64,000 nt of DNA from Candidatus Stercoripulliclostridium merdipullorum. Its GTDB lineage: Bacteria > Bacillota > Clostridia > Christensenellales > DTU072. The notes below the pieces were generated by a model, which had not been told where the DNA came from, did no database searches, and saw only the letters and a program-made list of their open reading frames with translations. Positions 49,342-59,828 of this stretch are shown here, piece after piece (the stretch's first letter is position 1; every line of letters begins with the position of its first letter). A program made the translations under genes and the position numbers. The stretch lies in NCBI GenBank assembly GCA_018713745.1, contig DVOH01000024.1, positions 1,116 through 65,115 on the forward strand. The letters run 5' to 3'.

Positions 49342-52300
49342 ATGAAACCTATCAACCTTGTTTTCCAAGGCATCGCCAATCGCAGCGAAACGTACGATTT
49401 CGGCAATCGCGCCGGCGGTTGTATCGTTTTGCCCGACGCCGATTTGCCGTTGGTTCGTCAGGCAGTCGTTCTTGCGTTGTTCGGTGCGGGCAACGATTCG
49501 GTAGACCTGACGCTTCCCGTGCAGATCGAATTCAAGTTTGCGCTCGGCGAAGAGGAATACACGTTGATTCGCCGTTTCGACGCCGACGAAGGCGGCCACG
49601 TTGCCGAAACCGCGATTATTACCGACCTTGCCGAACAAGTCGTTTATGCCGAAGGAAAAGCCGAAGTCGACGCATATGTTGCCGACCGTTTGGGGCTGAA
49701 AGTCAATGCCTTCGAGCGGTTGTTTGCCATCGATCTTGCCGACGCCGACGCCATCAATGCCGATGCGACGGTGCGTGAAAGTTTTATTGCCGAGCATCTC
49801 AGCGGGATCGCGACGCCCGACGAAGTGATCACCAACTTTGCCGATCTCAGCGAGAAGGAAGCGGGTCTGATGGCGAAGATCGAAGGGATCGATCCGGTGA
49901 CGCGCGATCAGATTCAGGAACACAAATTGGTCGTGGACAGCGACACCATCCGCCTGAACGAAATCCGCAAGGAGATGGACGAAGTACAGACCGACATCAA
50001 ATATGCCGCGGAGTATCAGCAGAACCTCGACAACTACTATCAATCCACTGCAAATCTCGAAAAGCTTCGCGAGCGCGAGCCCGAGATCGAAGGGATCAAG
50101 GAGCGCGAAAAACGCGGCAGACTGGCGCGTTCGATCGAAGGGGTGGTGACGCGATACGACAGCGTGAAAGCGGAAGCGCAGGCGCTGAGAGCGTCGCTTG
50201 CCGATCAAGAAGCCAAAATCGAAGGGCTTCAGAAAAAGCTGACCGAAGGCAAAGCCGCCCAAAAGAGCCTGGAAGAAAAGTTTGTATATCACAACGCACG
50301 GGTCGAAGAGTATCGCAACGCGCTCAATCGCATCATTGCGGACGGAGCCGCCGATCCGACGACACTTAAGATCAACAACGAAGTGCAAAGTTATTATGCC
50401 GACGCCGACCGTCAAATTGCCGAATTAACCGAACGCAAGGACGCGGTCGATGCCGAAGTCGAAGCCCTGCAACGCGAAGTTGCGGCTTTGCGTGCCAAAG
50501 AGCAGGATATCCGCAATGCGGCGGCATATAAGAGCGCGGTTTACAGAGGCGCCGCCCTCGAAGGATTGCGCAGCAGAATCGCATCCGAGATCGAAGGGGG
50601 CGAAAAAGCGATTGCCGATCTCGAAAAGCGTCTGGTCGAACTGTACGAAAACGGGGAAGGCGTTGACAAGAAGGTGCGCGAACTCCGCGCGACGACAGAC
50701 TCGCTGCTTGCCAAAATCAAAGGACGTCACAACACGGTACACGAAGCGATCGACGCCGACGCGTTGCAAAAGATCACGCTGTATCTCAATCATATTATGG
50801 CGAGCAACTATTCGATCGAACTGGACGCCGTCCTCAAAAAGATCGAAGACGTCGAACGCGCCAACGCAACATACGTTGCCCGTACCGAAGAAAAACGTGC
50901 GGCGATTGCCGAAGTCAAGGCGCATCTCGCGCGGCTAGAAGAGCGGTACCGTCTTCTCAACGAGAAGCTGACCGAATATTTGAGTTACAATCGGTTGCGG
51001 GATATTTCGGACGACATCGAGTACGGCAGTCACTGTCCGGTGTGCGACGGATTTGTCGCGTACAAAAAGAAACTTCCGCTCCGCGATACCAAGGCGATCG
51101 AGTCGCAGATGGATGCCGTCAAAGCGGAAATCGAAAAGGATCGCGCGTTATTGGTTTCGGCGACCCATGACGTGGGACAACTGGAGTCGGCGGTTACGGT
51201 CAGCGAGCAATACCGCAACGCTTTGATCGAAACGCGGGACGCCCGCAAAGCGGTGCTGGACGATATTCTCAAAAAATTCGGATGTGCCGACACTGCCGAA
51301 CTGCGGCAGAAATCGGAGCAGGCGGCGGCGCGCAGCAACACATTGACGCGAGTTCTCGAGCGGTATTATCAGACCGAAGCCGAACTGCGGCAAAACACCG
51401 AAGCGCTGACGAAGATCAAGGACGAAATCTCGTATATCGAGTCGTCGACCCTGCCTGCCGAGCGCGACAGACTGGATGCAAACAAGGCGGCGCTTGCCGA
51501 AGCCGATGCGGCGTACGCCGAATTGGAAGGCTATTTCAACGGCGAAAGCGCGACGAGCCTTGCCGAAAAACTCGAGGTGGTCGAACGCGAAACGGAGACG
51601 ACGATTGCCGAACGCGAAACCAAAGAAGAACGCCTGCGGGAACTGTCGGATCAGCAGGAAGAATACTTCCGTACGTTGATGCTGTTGTCCACGCGGTCGG
51701 TCAAGGTGGAAGCCGACGGCGTCGAAATGGAATATTCGGACGTGGTCGCCAAGGTAATTATGCGCCTGATGCACGGGATCACGGCGGAAATCGAAAAGAA
51801 CGAAGCCGAAAAAGACGTTGCCAAAGTCCGTCTTGCCGCGGTTCGCAAAGTCAATGCAGAAACCGAAGATGCGATTGCGGCGCAGAAAGAGCAGACCATT
51901 GCTTCGCGCGCGGCGATCGAGGCAAGCGAGAAGGTCGCCGAAGAAATTTTCAACGAGTACAAAGAGTCGTTCGATTTGCTGAAAGTCCGCTCTCATGCCG
52001 ACCTCGAGCAGTATCTCGAATCGGAAGAAACGTTGGACGGCTACCGCGATCAGACCAATCAATATGCCGACGAAGTGGTTGCCATCCGTGAGCAACTCAA
52101 CATTTACGCCGACCGCGTCAATGCTTTGGGCGATTATTTCGACGCGGTGGAAGACAACAAATTCAAACTGGAAAAACTGCGTGCGGAAGAGCAGGTCGCC
52201 ATTTCCGCCCTCAACGAAAGCCGCGTCGAGCAAGGCTCGATGGAACACCGTTATAAAGAACTGGTCGAATCCAATCAGCATCTTGCCCATCTCCAGTCCC

Positions 52301-52731
52301 GTCTGAAGAAGATCGAAGATCTTGCGCCCGCAATCAGCGAGGGAGCGATCATCGCCAAAGACCTTGCCGCGTTGATTGCCGAACGCCAGGAAGGCATCGT
52401 CAAAACGGTTTCGGCAGACCGATACGGCATCCGTATGGAAGAAGACGGTCATATCGCGCTGATTAACAATCGCCGTAACGGCAAAGAAGTATTGCCCGAA
52501 AAATACACCAAAGAAGAGCGGATGCTGATCCGGTTCTCGGCGGCGGCGGCATACAACCGTATCGTGACCGAATTGCTGGGAGGCGAAACCACGCCGATCA
52601 TGGTGCTGGAAGAGGATGCCTGCGACAAAGCGCAGATCGGCGTGCTTGCAGAATATGCCCGCAACAACGATCTGATCGTTATGCCCCGCAACGAAAACGC
52701 GTTTTTCAAAGCGGCAAGCAAACTTTCTTGA
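49342..52731 (+). CDS. SbcC/Rad50-like coiled-coil protein with a zinc hook and degenerate ATPase motifs (1129 aa)
   Basis: SD GGAGG. MKPINL, LALFG, EFKF....Y.L.R, LGL..F N-terminal pattern; long heptad coiled coils; CPVC at residue 565. Confidence 0.78.
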   Translation: MKPINLVFQGIANRSETYDFGNRAGGCIVLPDADLPLVRQAVVLALFGAGNDSVDLTLPVQIEFKFALGEEEYTLIRRFDADEGGHVAETAIITDLAEQVVYAEGKAEVDAYVADRLGLKVNAFERLFAIDLADADAINADATVRESFIAEHLSGIATPDEVITNFADLSEKEAGLMAKIEGIDPVTRDQIQEHKLVVDSDTIRLNEIRKEMDEVQTDIKYAAEYQQNLDNYYQSTANLEKLREREPEIEGIKEREKRGRLARSIEGVVTRYDSVKAEAQALRASLADQEAKIEGLQKKLTEGKAAQKSLEEKFVYHNARVEEYRNALNRIIADGAADPTTLKINNEVQSYYADADRQIAELTERKDAVDAEVEALQREVAALRAKEQDIRNAAAYKSAVYRGAALEGLRSRIASEIEGGEKAIADLEKRLVELYENGEGVDKKVRELRATTDSLLAKIKGRHNTVHEAIDADALQKITLYLNHIMASNYSIELDAVLKKIEDVERANATYVARTEEKRAAIAEVKAHLARLEERYRLLNEKLTEYLSYNRLRDISDDIEYGSHCPVCDGFVAYKKKLPLRDTKAIESQMDAVKAEIEKDRALLVSATHDVGQLESAVTVSEQYRNALIETRDARKAVLDDILKKFGCADTAELRQKSEQAAARSNTLTRVLERYYQTEAELRQNTEALTKIKDEISYIESSTLPAERDRLDANKAALAEADAAYAELEGYFNGESATSLAEKLEVVERETETTIAERETKEERLRELSDQQEEYFRTLMLLSTRSVKVEADGVEMEYSDVVAKVIMRLMHGITAEIEKNEAEKDVAKVRLAAVRKVNAETEDAIAAQKEQTIASRAAIEASEKVAEEIFNEYKESFDLLKVRSHADLEQYLESEETLDGYRDQTNQYADEVVAIREQLNIYADRVNALGDYFDAVEDNKFKLEKLRAEEQVAISALNESRVEQGSMEHRYKELVESNQHLAHLQSRLKKIEDLAPAISEGAIIAKDLAALIAERQEGIVKTVSADRYGIRMEEDGHIALINNRRNGKEVLPEKYTKEERMLIRFSAAAAYNRIVTELLGGETTPIMVLEEDACDKAQIGVLAEYARNNDLIVMPRNENAFFKAASKLS

Positions 52732-52753
52732 TTGATTCATAACTATATAGGCG

Positions 52754-52787
52754 GCAATTCCGCTCCCGTAAGGGGCGGAATTGTTTT
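52754..52787 (+). terminator. Terminator after the SbcC-like gene
   Basis: gcaattccgctcc-cgtaa-ggggcggaattgtttt. Confidence 0.65.
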
Positions 52788-52805
52788 AGCCGAGGGGTAA
52801 AACCG

Positions 52806-53804
52806 ATGACGGTAATTCTCGAAGTAAAAGGGGTATCCAAAACCTATAAGCTCAAGCGCGGTCGCGGCATTTTGAAAGCGGTGGACAACGTTTCGTTCGG
52901 CGTTGCGTCGGGCGAAATCGTCGGCTTGCTGGGACCCAACGGCGCGGGCAAAACGACTCTGATCAAAATCATTGCGGGACTTGCTTCTCCCGATGCGGGC
53001 GTCGTGACGATCGAAGGGTATCGCACCGACCGCGAACGCGAAAAAGCAATGCGTCATGTCGGCGGTGTGATCGAGACGCCCGACCTTTACCCCGATTGGA
53101 GCGGCAGGCGCAATCTCGAATATTTTGCTTCCGTACAGCCCCCCGAAACGGTTGCCGGCGAAGGGAGCGCGGCGCTTTCTCCAAAACTTCGGATCAAAGC
53201 AAGGATCGACGAGGTTCTTTCGATCGTCGGCTTGTCGGCGCGCCAACAGGACGCCGTCAAAAAATATTCACTCGGAATGAAGCAGCGTTTGGGCATTGCG
53301 CAGGCATTGCTCGGCAATCCGCGTATGCTGATTCTGGACGAACCCGCCAACGGTTTGGATCCGGAGGGGATCCGCGAAGTCAGGCTGTTGCTGCATAAAC
53401 TTGCGTCCGAAGGGATGGCAATCCTCGTATCCAGTCATCAGCTTGCCGAAATGCAACAAATGTGCGACCGGGTGCTGATCATGTCGGAGGGCGTTTTGAC
53501 GCGCGAAGTGGGCATCAAAGAATTGGAGCAAGGGGAATCCCGCTCGCACGAAATCGTCATCGGGACCGACGACGTCGATCGATGCCGCGCCATTCTGACC
53601 GAAAAATTCAACGCCGCGGTCCGTGAGGGGGAGGGCGGTGAGATCATAGCCGTTTGCGGTGCTCCGATTGCCGAGATCAGCAAAGAACTTGTTTTGGGCG
53701 GGGTCAGTCTCCGCTCGATCGGCGAGCGCCGGCGGAACCTGGAGGACGTTTTCCTTGACGCAACCAGTCGCCGCGTATCGGAGGAGGACATCGGCAGTGT
53801 TTAA
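52806..53804 (+). CDS. ABC transporter ATP-binding protein (multidrug/lantibiotic-immunity type)
   Basis: GPNGAGKT, YSLGMKQR, ILDEP.NGLD, SSH motifs. Confidence 0.95.
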   Translation: MTVILEVKGVSKTYKLKRGRGILKAVDNVSFGVASGEIVGLLGPNGAGKTTLIKIIAGLASPDAGVVTIEGYRTDREREKAMRHVGGVIETPDLYPDWSGRRNLEYFASVQPPETVAGEGSAALSPKLRIKARIDEVLSIVGLSARQQDAVKKYSLGMKQRLGIAQALLGNPRMLILDEPANGLDPEGIREVRLLLHKLASEGMAILVSSHQLAEMQQMCDRVLIMSEGVLTREVGIKELEQGESRSHEIVIGTDDVDRCRAILTEKFNAAVREGEGGEIIAVCGAPIAEISKELVLGGVSLRSIGERRRNLEDVFLDATSRRVSEEDIGSV

Positions 53805-54852
53805 GCAATTCTATTGTGCCGAATGCAAAAAGGCGACGCGTCTGAAAGCCATTGTCGGATTGCTTGTCGCGGCGGTTTTGCTGTGCGTCGTGTATCTTGC
53901 CGTGGTCGGCGTGGTGCGCAGCGTCGCTTCGGACGAAATCGAAGGACAGCTCCCCGCCGATTTTGCCGTCGTTCGTTTTTCGCCCGAGACCAATCGCATC
54001 GGGTTGGAGAACGCGCGCGAAATGCTGGAAGAAGCATTGCGGCAGAAAGAAGAGCAGGGATATTCGTATTATATCGGGACCAACGATCCCGTCTATGCGG
54101 CAAAATCGATGGTTGCGCTTTATGAGTATGCCGTCGAACACGATCTTTCGGGTTCCTATACCGTATATATGGGCAATGAAACATTGCTGATGATGATTGC
54201 GCCGCTGTCTTATCCCGCTACGGTGGCGGGGCTTTTGTCGGTGCTGATGCTGTTCCCGATGATCTACGCCGTCATTGTAGGGGTGCGTTCGTTCGCGTCC
54301 GAATTCCGCGATCGCACGATCAAACTCGTACTGCTTCGTCCCGTCCGCAGAGAAACTTTGGCGCTGACCAAACTCCTTGCCGTATTAACGCACGCCGCCG
54401 CGGCGTTTGCGGCGACCCTCCTGCTTGCGCTGATCGCGGGGGCGATTCCAGCAACGACAACGTCGGTTGCCGATACGATTTATGTATTCAACGCCTCCGA
54501 CGCGTTTGTCGCTTCCGACGCCTTTGTTCTCTGTCCGGCAATTTTGTTCGGCTTGTTGTCGGTGCTTGTTGTGGCGGCGGTGTCGTATGCCTTCGGCTTG
54601 CTGTTGCGCAAAGTTTCGAGCGCCATGCTTCTTTCGCTGTTGCTGGTGTTTGACGTCACGGGAATCGTACTGCAACTGACGGGGCTGTCGCGGTTTTCGT
54701 TTGGGACGGCGTTGTCGCTGTCGTATTTCTTCGGCGCGGGCATTACCGTTCCGCAGGCAAACTTCTTCCTGTCGGCGGCAATCCTGATTTTGTGGGGCGT
54801 CGGGCTGCCGCTTGCGGCAATCCTTCTTTTCCGCAAACGGGACGTTGCTTAG
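53797..54852 (+). CDS. ABC-2 type permease (GTG start)
   Basis: FASEFRDRTIKLVLLRPVRR....LTK, C-terminal FRKRDV; about 6 TM segments. Confidence 0.88.
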   Translation: MFKQFYCAECKKATRLKAIVGLLVAAVLLCVVYLAVVGVVRSVASDEIEGQLPADFAVVRFSPETNRIGLENAREMLEEALRQKEEQGYSYYIGTNDPVYAAKSMVALYEYAVEHDLSGSYTVYMGNETLLMMIAPLSYPATVAGLLSVLMLFPMIYAVIVGVRSFASEFRDRTIKLVLLRPVRRETLALTKLLAVLTHAAAAFAATLLLALIAGAIPATTTSVADTIYVFNASDAFVASDAFVLCPAILFGLLSVLVVAAVSYAFGLLLRKVSSAMLLSLLLVFDVTGIVLQLTGLSRFSFGTALSLSYFFGAGITVPQANFFLSAAILILWGVGLPLAAILLFRKRDVA

Positions 54853-54902
54853 CGGTTCGGTCGCAGCGAAAAGCCGTTTTGCCCGATTTGCGCCGAAAAG
54901 TA

Positions 54903-54931
54903 TTGACAACAGGGCATTATTAGGATATAAT
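54903..54931 (+). promoter_or_regulatory. Consensus sigmaA promoter of greA-lysS
   Basis: TTGACA-17-TATAAT. Confidence 0.8.
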
Positions 54932-54997
54932 CCATTAGATTAAAGGTTGACATCTTTGGGTTCGGCTTGCATTACATCACGTTAAATTGGAGGAACT

Positions 54998-55471
54998 ATG
55001 GAAAAAACCATACCCCTGACCCAAGCGTTCTTCGACGAGAACGCGGCACGCCTCAAGCATCTCGAAACCACGGGACGTACCGAGGTTTCCAACGCGATCA
55101 AAACGGCGAAAGAGTTCGGCGATCTCAGCGAGAATGCCGAGTATACCGCCGCCAAGAACGCGCAGGAACGCCTTGAAATCGAAATCGCACAGCTTTCCGA
55201 AATGCTGTCCAAAGCCTATCCGATCGACCTCAGCCTGCTCGGAACCAAATCCGTTGCGGTGGGCAATAAGGTCAAGATCTACGATTGTGAATTTGACGAA
55301 GAAATCGAGTATCAGATCGTCAGCAGCGTCGAGGCAAACAGCGAGAAGTGCAAAATCAGCGACGTCAGTCCTTTGGGCAAAGCGTTGATGGGGCATAAGG
55401 CGGGAGAAACCGTCGTCGCCAAGACCCCGGGCGGAGAAATCGAACTGAAAATCCTTAATATTTCCAAATAA
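54998..55471 (+). CDS. greA: Transcription elongation factor GreA
   Basis: GDLSENAEY, IS..SPLGKALMG motifs. Confidence 0.95.
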   Translation: MEKTIPLTQAFFDENAARLKHLETTGRTEVSNAIKTAKEFGDLSENAEYTAAKNAQERLEIEIAQLSEMLSKAYPIDLSLLGTKSVAVGNKVKIYDCEFDEEIEYQIVSSVEANSEKCKISDVSPLGKALMGHKAGETVVAKTPGGEIELKILNISK

Positions 55472-55483
55472 AGGCAGGCAACT

Positions 55484-56977
55484 ATGGATGACCGGAATAT
55501 GATGCCCGAAACGGCGGCGGAAGACATAAACGAGCTGATCGCCGTCCGCAGAGAAAAACTTGCCGCACTGCGTGCGGAGGGCAAAGATCCTTATCAGGAA
55601 GTGCGTTTTGACGTTACGGCGCACGCGAAAGACATTTTTGACGATTACGCGGCGTACGAAGGCAAAACCGTCCGCATGGCGGGGCGTATTATGTCCCGTC
55701 GAATCATGGGCAAGGCAAGTTTTGCCCATATTCAGGACGGAACGGCGGAAATTCAGATGTATTTCCGCATTGACGGCGTAGGCCCCGAGCAGTATGACGC
55801 GTTCAAAAAGACCGACATCGGCGACATCATCGGCGTCGAAGGCGAAGTCTTTACGACGCACAAAGGCGAAATCAGCCTGAAAGTGACGTCTTTCCTGTTG
55901 CTCAGCAAATCGTTGCTGCCCCTTCCCGAAAAGTTTCACGGACTGCGTGACACCGATCTTCGTTACCGTCAGCGTTACGTCGATCTGATCATGAATCCCG
56001 AAGTCAAAGAGACGTTTGTCAAACGGAGCAAAATCGTTTCGGCAATCCGCGCGTTTCTGGACGGCAAGGGCTTTCTCGAAGTCGAAACGCCCATTCTCAA
56101 CACGATTATGGGCGGGGCAAACGCCAGACCGTTTGTCACCCATCACAACACTCTCGACCTCGACATGTATCTCCGCATCGCGCCCGAACTGTATCTCAAA
56201 CGTTTGATCGTCGGCGGATTCTTGAAGGTTTACGAGATGGGACGCCTGTTCCGCAACGAAGGGATGAGCATCAAGCACAATCCCGAATTCACGACGATGG
56301 AACTTTATCAGGCGTATACCGATTACAACGGGATGATGGACATCGTCGAAGAACTTTATCAGTATTGTGCCGAAACCGTACTCGGGACGACCGAAATCAC
56401 TTATCAGGGTACGCCGATTCATCTCGGCGGAAAGTGGCGCCGCGTGACGATGGCGGATCTTGTCAAAGAACACACGGGGATCGACTTTTATGCCGACGAT
56501 ATGCCGACCGTGATTCGGAAGGCGGAGTCGGTCGGCGTTTATCTCGACAAAGACGTCAGCTGGGGCAACGCAATGTACAAAATCTTCGATCAGCTGATCG
56601 AAGAGAAATTGGTACAACCCACTTTCGTCATCGACTATCCCGTCGAGGTCAGCCCCCTTGCCAAACGCAAGAAGGACGACCCGCGTCTGACCGAACGGTT
56701 TGAGTTCTTTATCTATGCGCGCGAAATGGGCAACGCGTTCAGCGAGCTCAACGACCCCATCGATCAGAGAGGGCGGTTTGAAGATCAGGTCAAAGCCCGT
56801 GCCGCAGGCGACGACGAAGCCCAGATGATGGACGAGGACTTTGTCACCGCGCTCGAATACGGCATGCCGCCCACGGGCGGACTGGGCATCGGGATCGATC
56901 GGATGATTATGCTGTTTACCGATCAGGCGTCGATCCGTGACGTATTGCTGTTCCCGACCATGAAACCTCGCGCATAA
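55484..56977 (+). CDS. lysS: Lysine--tRNA ligase (class II)
   Basis: [41 protein letters not shown] motifs. Confidence 0.98.
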   Translation: MDDRNMMPETAAEDINELIAVRREKLAALRAEGKDPYQEVRFDVTAHAKDIFDDYAAYEGKTVRMAGRIMSRRIMGKASFAHIQDGTAEIQMYFRIDGVGPEQYDAFKKTDIGDIIGVEGEVFTTHKGEISLKVTSFLLLSKSLLPLPEKFHGLRDTDLRYRQRYVDLIMNPEVKETFVKRSKIVSAIRAFLDGKGFLEVETPILNTIMGGANARPFVTHHNTLDLDMYLRIAPELYLKRLIVGGFLKVYEMGRLFRNEGMSIKHNPEFTTMELYQAYTDYNGMMDIVEELYQYCAETVLGTTEITYQGTPIHLGGKWRRVTMADLVKEHTGIDFYADDMPTVIRKAESVGVYLDKDVSWGNAMYKIFDQLIEEKLVQPTFVIDYPVEVSPLAKRKKDDPRLTERFEFFIYAREMGNAFSELNDPIDQRGRFEDQVKARAAGDDEAQMMDEDFVTALEYGMPPTGGLGIGIDRMIMLFTDQASIRDVLLFPTMKPRA

Positions 56978-58224
56978 TGCGTACGCCTCTTCGCGATGCG
57001 CTGCAGGCGCATCTGGATCATCTTTCGTTTCACACCCCCGCCCACAGCGGGGTTTGTGTTTTTTCGGACGATCCGCGCTTTGACGTCACCGAGCTCGATT
57101 TCAGCGACAATCTCCACGCGCCGACAGGCGTGCTTGCCGAAAGCATGGCGGAAACGGCAGCCGCTTTCGGCGTCGACTTTGTCCGCTATGTTACGGCGGG
57201 CGCGACGGCGGCGATTCATACGGCGATTCTTGCGGCCGACGGACCTTATCTCGTATTCGGCAGCGCGCATAAATCGGTATTCAACGGACTGCGACTCAAA
57301 GGCGCGGAAAGTTATGTATACACCGCCCGCGATCTTCCTGCCGCCCTCGAAAAAACACGGGCAAAAACGTTGATCGTCACTTCTCCCGACTATTACGGCA
57401 ACTGTCTTCCTCTGAAAAATATCGCAAGGACCGCGCATGCTTTCGGTTGCACCGTGATCGTCGACGCGTCGCACGGCTCGCATTTTGCGTTTTCTCAAAA
57501 ACTACCGGTTTCGGCATCCGAATACGGAGATATCGTTATCTATTCTTTGCACAAAACAATGCCCGTCCCGACGGGCGGCGCGCTGATCGCGTGCAGGGCG
57601 GCGTATGCCGAGACAGTATCGGCGGCATTTGAGATCTGCCATACGACCTCTCCCTCTTACCCGATCATGACGGCGATCGAGGGGGCGGTCGATCTCTTCC
57701 GCAGGGAGGGGGAAGCGCTTTACGAACGGGTGTTTGACGCATTGGATGGGTTCGAGCGGGATTTGCCGAAGCCCTTTTCGATCGTGCGGGCAGAGGACCG
57801 TACCCGTTTGGTGTTGACTTCGCCGTATCTCGGGACAGCCGTCGCCGACGCCCTGCAACGGCATGAGATTTATCCCGAGTGCGCGGACGGCTCCCGCGTT
57901 ACGCTGATCGTTACGCCGTTCAATGCCCGTCATCTCGGTCGGGTAACCGAAGTGCTGCGGCAACAAAGGGCGTATCCCCCCGCAGAGCCCGAGCCGCATT
58001 TTTCCCGCGGGATGGTGCAGCTGTCGTTCGGCAGGGAGTTCGAAGCGGTGCCGCTTTCGGACGCAATCGGTCGAATTGCTTATCGGGAAGCGGGGCTGTA
58101 TCCTCCGGGGACGCCGGTCGTTTATTCGGGCGAGGTGCTGAGCGAAGAGAAGGCCGAGCTTCTGAAAAAGTGGGGCAACCGAACGTTCGGACTTGATTGC
58201 GGACGGATACTTGTGGTAAAATAA
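56977..58224 (+). CDS. Orn/Lys/Arg decarboxylase family PLP enzyme (YaaO-like)
   Basis: FHTPAH, HKS, TSPDYYG, VDASHG.H, SLHKT, TTSPSY, YPPGTP motifs. Confidence 0.88.
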   Translation: MRTPLRDALQAHLDHLSFHTPAHSGVCVFSDDPRFDVTELDFSDNLHAPTGVLAESMAETAAAFGVDFVRYVTAGATAAIHTAILAADGPYLVFGSAHKSVFNGLRLKGAESYVYTARDLPAALEKTRAKTLIVTSPDYYGNCLPLKNIARTAHAFGCTVIVDASHGSHFAFSQKLPVSASEYGDIVIYSLHKTMPVPTGGALIACRAAYAETVSAAFEICHTTSPSYPIMTAIEGAVDLFRREGEALYERVFDALDGFERDLPKPFSIVRAEDRTRLVLTSPYLGTAVADALQRHEIYPECADGSRVTLIVTPFNARHLGRVTEVLRQQRAYPPAEPEPHFSRGMVQLSFGREFEAVPLSDAIGRIAYREAGLYPPGTPVVYSGEVLSEEKAELLKKWGNRTFGLDCGRILVVK

Positions 58225-58242
58225 AACGGTGAGGATCTATCG

Positions 58243-58869
58243 TTGAACGGGAAGCTGATTACGTTTGAAGGATGCGAAGGCGTCGGCAAGTCGACGCAGC
58301 TGCGTTTGCTGAAGGAGTACCTTGAGCGTACGGGTCAGTCTGCCGTTTTTACAAGGGAGCCGGGCGGGACTCCGATCGCGGAGGAAATCCGCTCCATGCT
58401 CCTTTACAAAAACTTTGAGATTTCGCCCGTTGTCGAAGCCTATTTGTTTGCAACGGCGCGTGCCGATCACGTCAACCGCGTCATTCTGCCCGCATTGGAG
58501 CAGGGCAAGCTGGTCGTGTGCGACCGCTATCTCGACAGCTCGCTTGCCTACCAAGGCGTCGCGCGCGGATTGGGCATCGATACCGTACTGGCATACAATC
58601 GCTATGCCGTCCAAACCTGTATGCCCGATTATACCGTTTTTTTGAAGATGGATCCTTTGCATTCCTGGCGCAAGCAAAAAGGCAAGACCGTCGAAGGCGA
58701 TCGGATGGAGCAGGAAGACGCGGCGTTTCATTCGGCGGTGTATCGCGGCTTTTTGGAACTCGAACAACGTTATCCCGAGCGCTATCTGACCATTGTGCCG
58801 CAAGAGGACAAACTGGCGACGCATGCCGCCATTGTCGGCGCGTTGGTCGCCAAACGGGTGATCGGATGA
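58243..58869 (+). CDS. tmk: Thymidylate kinase
   Basis: FEGCEGVGKST, REPGGT, DRYLDSSLAYQG motifs. Confidence 0.96.
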   Translation: MNGKLITFEGCEGVGKSTQLRLLKEYLERTGQSAVFTREPGGTPIAEEIRSMLLYKNFEISPVVEAYLFATARADHVNRVILPALEQGKLVVCDRYLDSSLAYQGVARGLGIDTVLAYNRYAVQTCMPDYTVFLKMDPLHSWRKQKGKTVEGDRMEQEDAAFHSAVYRGFLELEQRYPERYLTIVPQEDKLATHAAIVGALVAKRVIG

Positions 58870-59828
58870 TCGATCGTCGCGTTCTGGCAAGTGAAGCGTT
58901 TGCGACATGGCTCAGGACGGTGCGTTCGGGCAGCGTGTCGCATGCCTATTTGTTGCTGGGTGCCGATACCGCGGTGCGCGGATTGTTTGCCGATCGGATG
59001 GCGGCGGCGGTGCTGTGTCCCGATTACGGATGCGGTGTTTGCGCAAGTTGCCGCGCGATCACGGGGCACTGTTATCCCGACGTCAAATATTACAATTCCG
59101 ACGGCAAAATGAAGGTGGAAGACGCCGAAAAGCTGATCGAAGATACTTACGTCAAAGGGATGAACGGTCACAAATTTTATTTTGTCGACCGTGCCGAAAG
59201 CCTTTCGCCCGCGGTGCAGAACAAATTGCTCAAGGTTTTTGAAGATCCTTCTCCCAACGTTACGATCGTATTGGAAGCGACGGGAGAAAGCGGAATCCTT
59301 CCGACGGTACTCTCCCGCGCCAAGCGACTGTATCTGCCTCGGTTTTCGGTAGAGGAGATCAAAGCGGAACTGATCGAAGAGGGGCATCCCGACGGCAAAG
59401 CCGAAATCGCGGCAATTCTCTCGGACGGACGGTTTGACCGTGCGTTCCGCTATCTCGAGGACGAGCGGTACGAAGCATTGTATCGGGAGGCGTTTGAAGT
59501 TTTGACCAACTGCAAAAAATCCTCCGACATTGCCGCATTTCTCGACAGTCCGCTGTTTGCCAAAGATCAGCTGCCGACGGCGCTCGAACTGTTTGAAATC
59601 ATTTTGCGCGATTGTCTTGCGTATCTGTCGGGGGATCCCCGGTTTACGACGGTCAACCGCGATTATTATATTCGTCAGATTGCGGCGGGCTTCAGCCCGG
59701 GCGGCGCGGCAATGGCAATTCTGGCGCTTGCCAAAGCCCGCAAAATGCTGACGTTCAACGTAGGCGCGGTCACCGTTGCCGAAACCGTTTTGTTTGATAT
59801 TCTGGAGGCTAAATACAAATGGCGATAG
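58866..59828 (+). CDS. holB: DNA polymerase III subunit delta'
   Basis: SHAYLL, C...CG.C..C zinc site, QNKLLKVFEDP, LPTVLSR; synteny with tmk and yaaT. Confidence 0.88.
   Translation: MIDRRVLASEAFATWLRTVRSGSVSHAYLLLGADTAVRGLFADRMAAAVLCPDYGCGVCASCRAITGHCYPDVKYYNSDGKMKVEDAEKLIEDTYVKGMNGHKFYFVDRAESLSPAVQNKLLKVFEDPSPNVTIVLEATGESGILPTVLSRAKRLYLPRFSVEEIKAELIEEGHPDGKAEIAAILSDGRFDRAFRYLEDERYEALYREAFEVLTNCKKSSDIAAFLDSPLFAKDQLPTALELFEIILRDCLAYLSGDPRFTTVNRDYYIRQIAAGFSPGGAAMAILALAKARKMLTFNVGAVTVAETVLFDILEAKYKWR

Noticed and set aside
58866-59828. Degenerate Walker A in HolB as a novelty
   Set aside because: Delta' is known to be a non-ATP-binding clamp-loader subunit.
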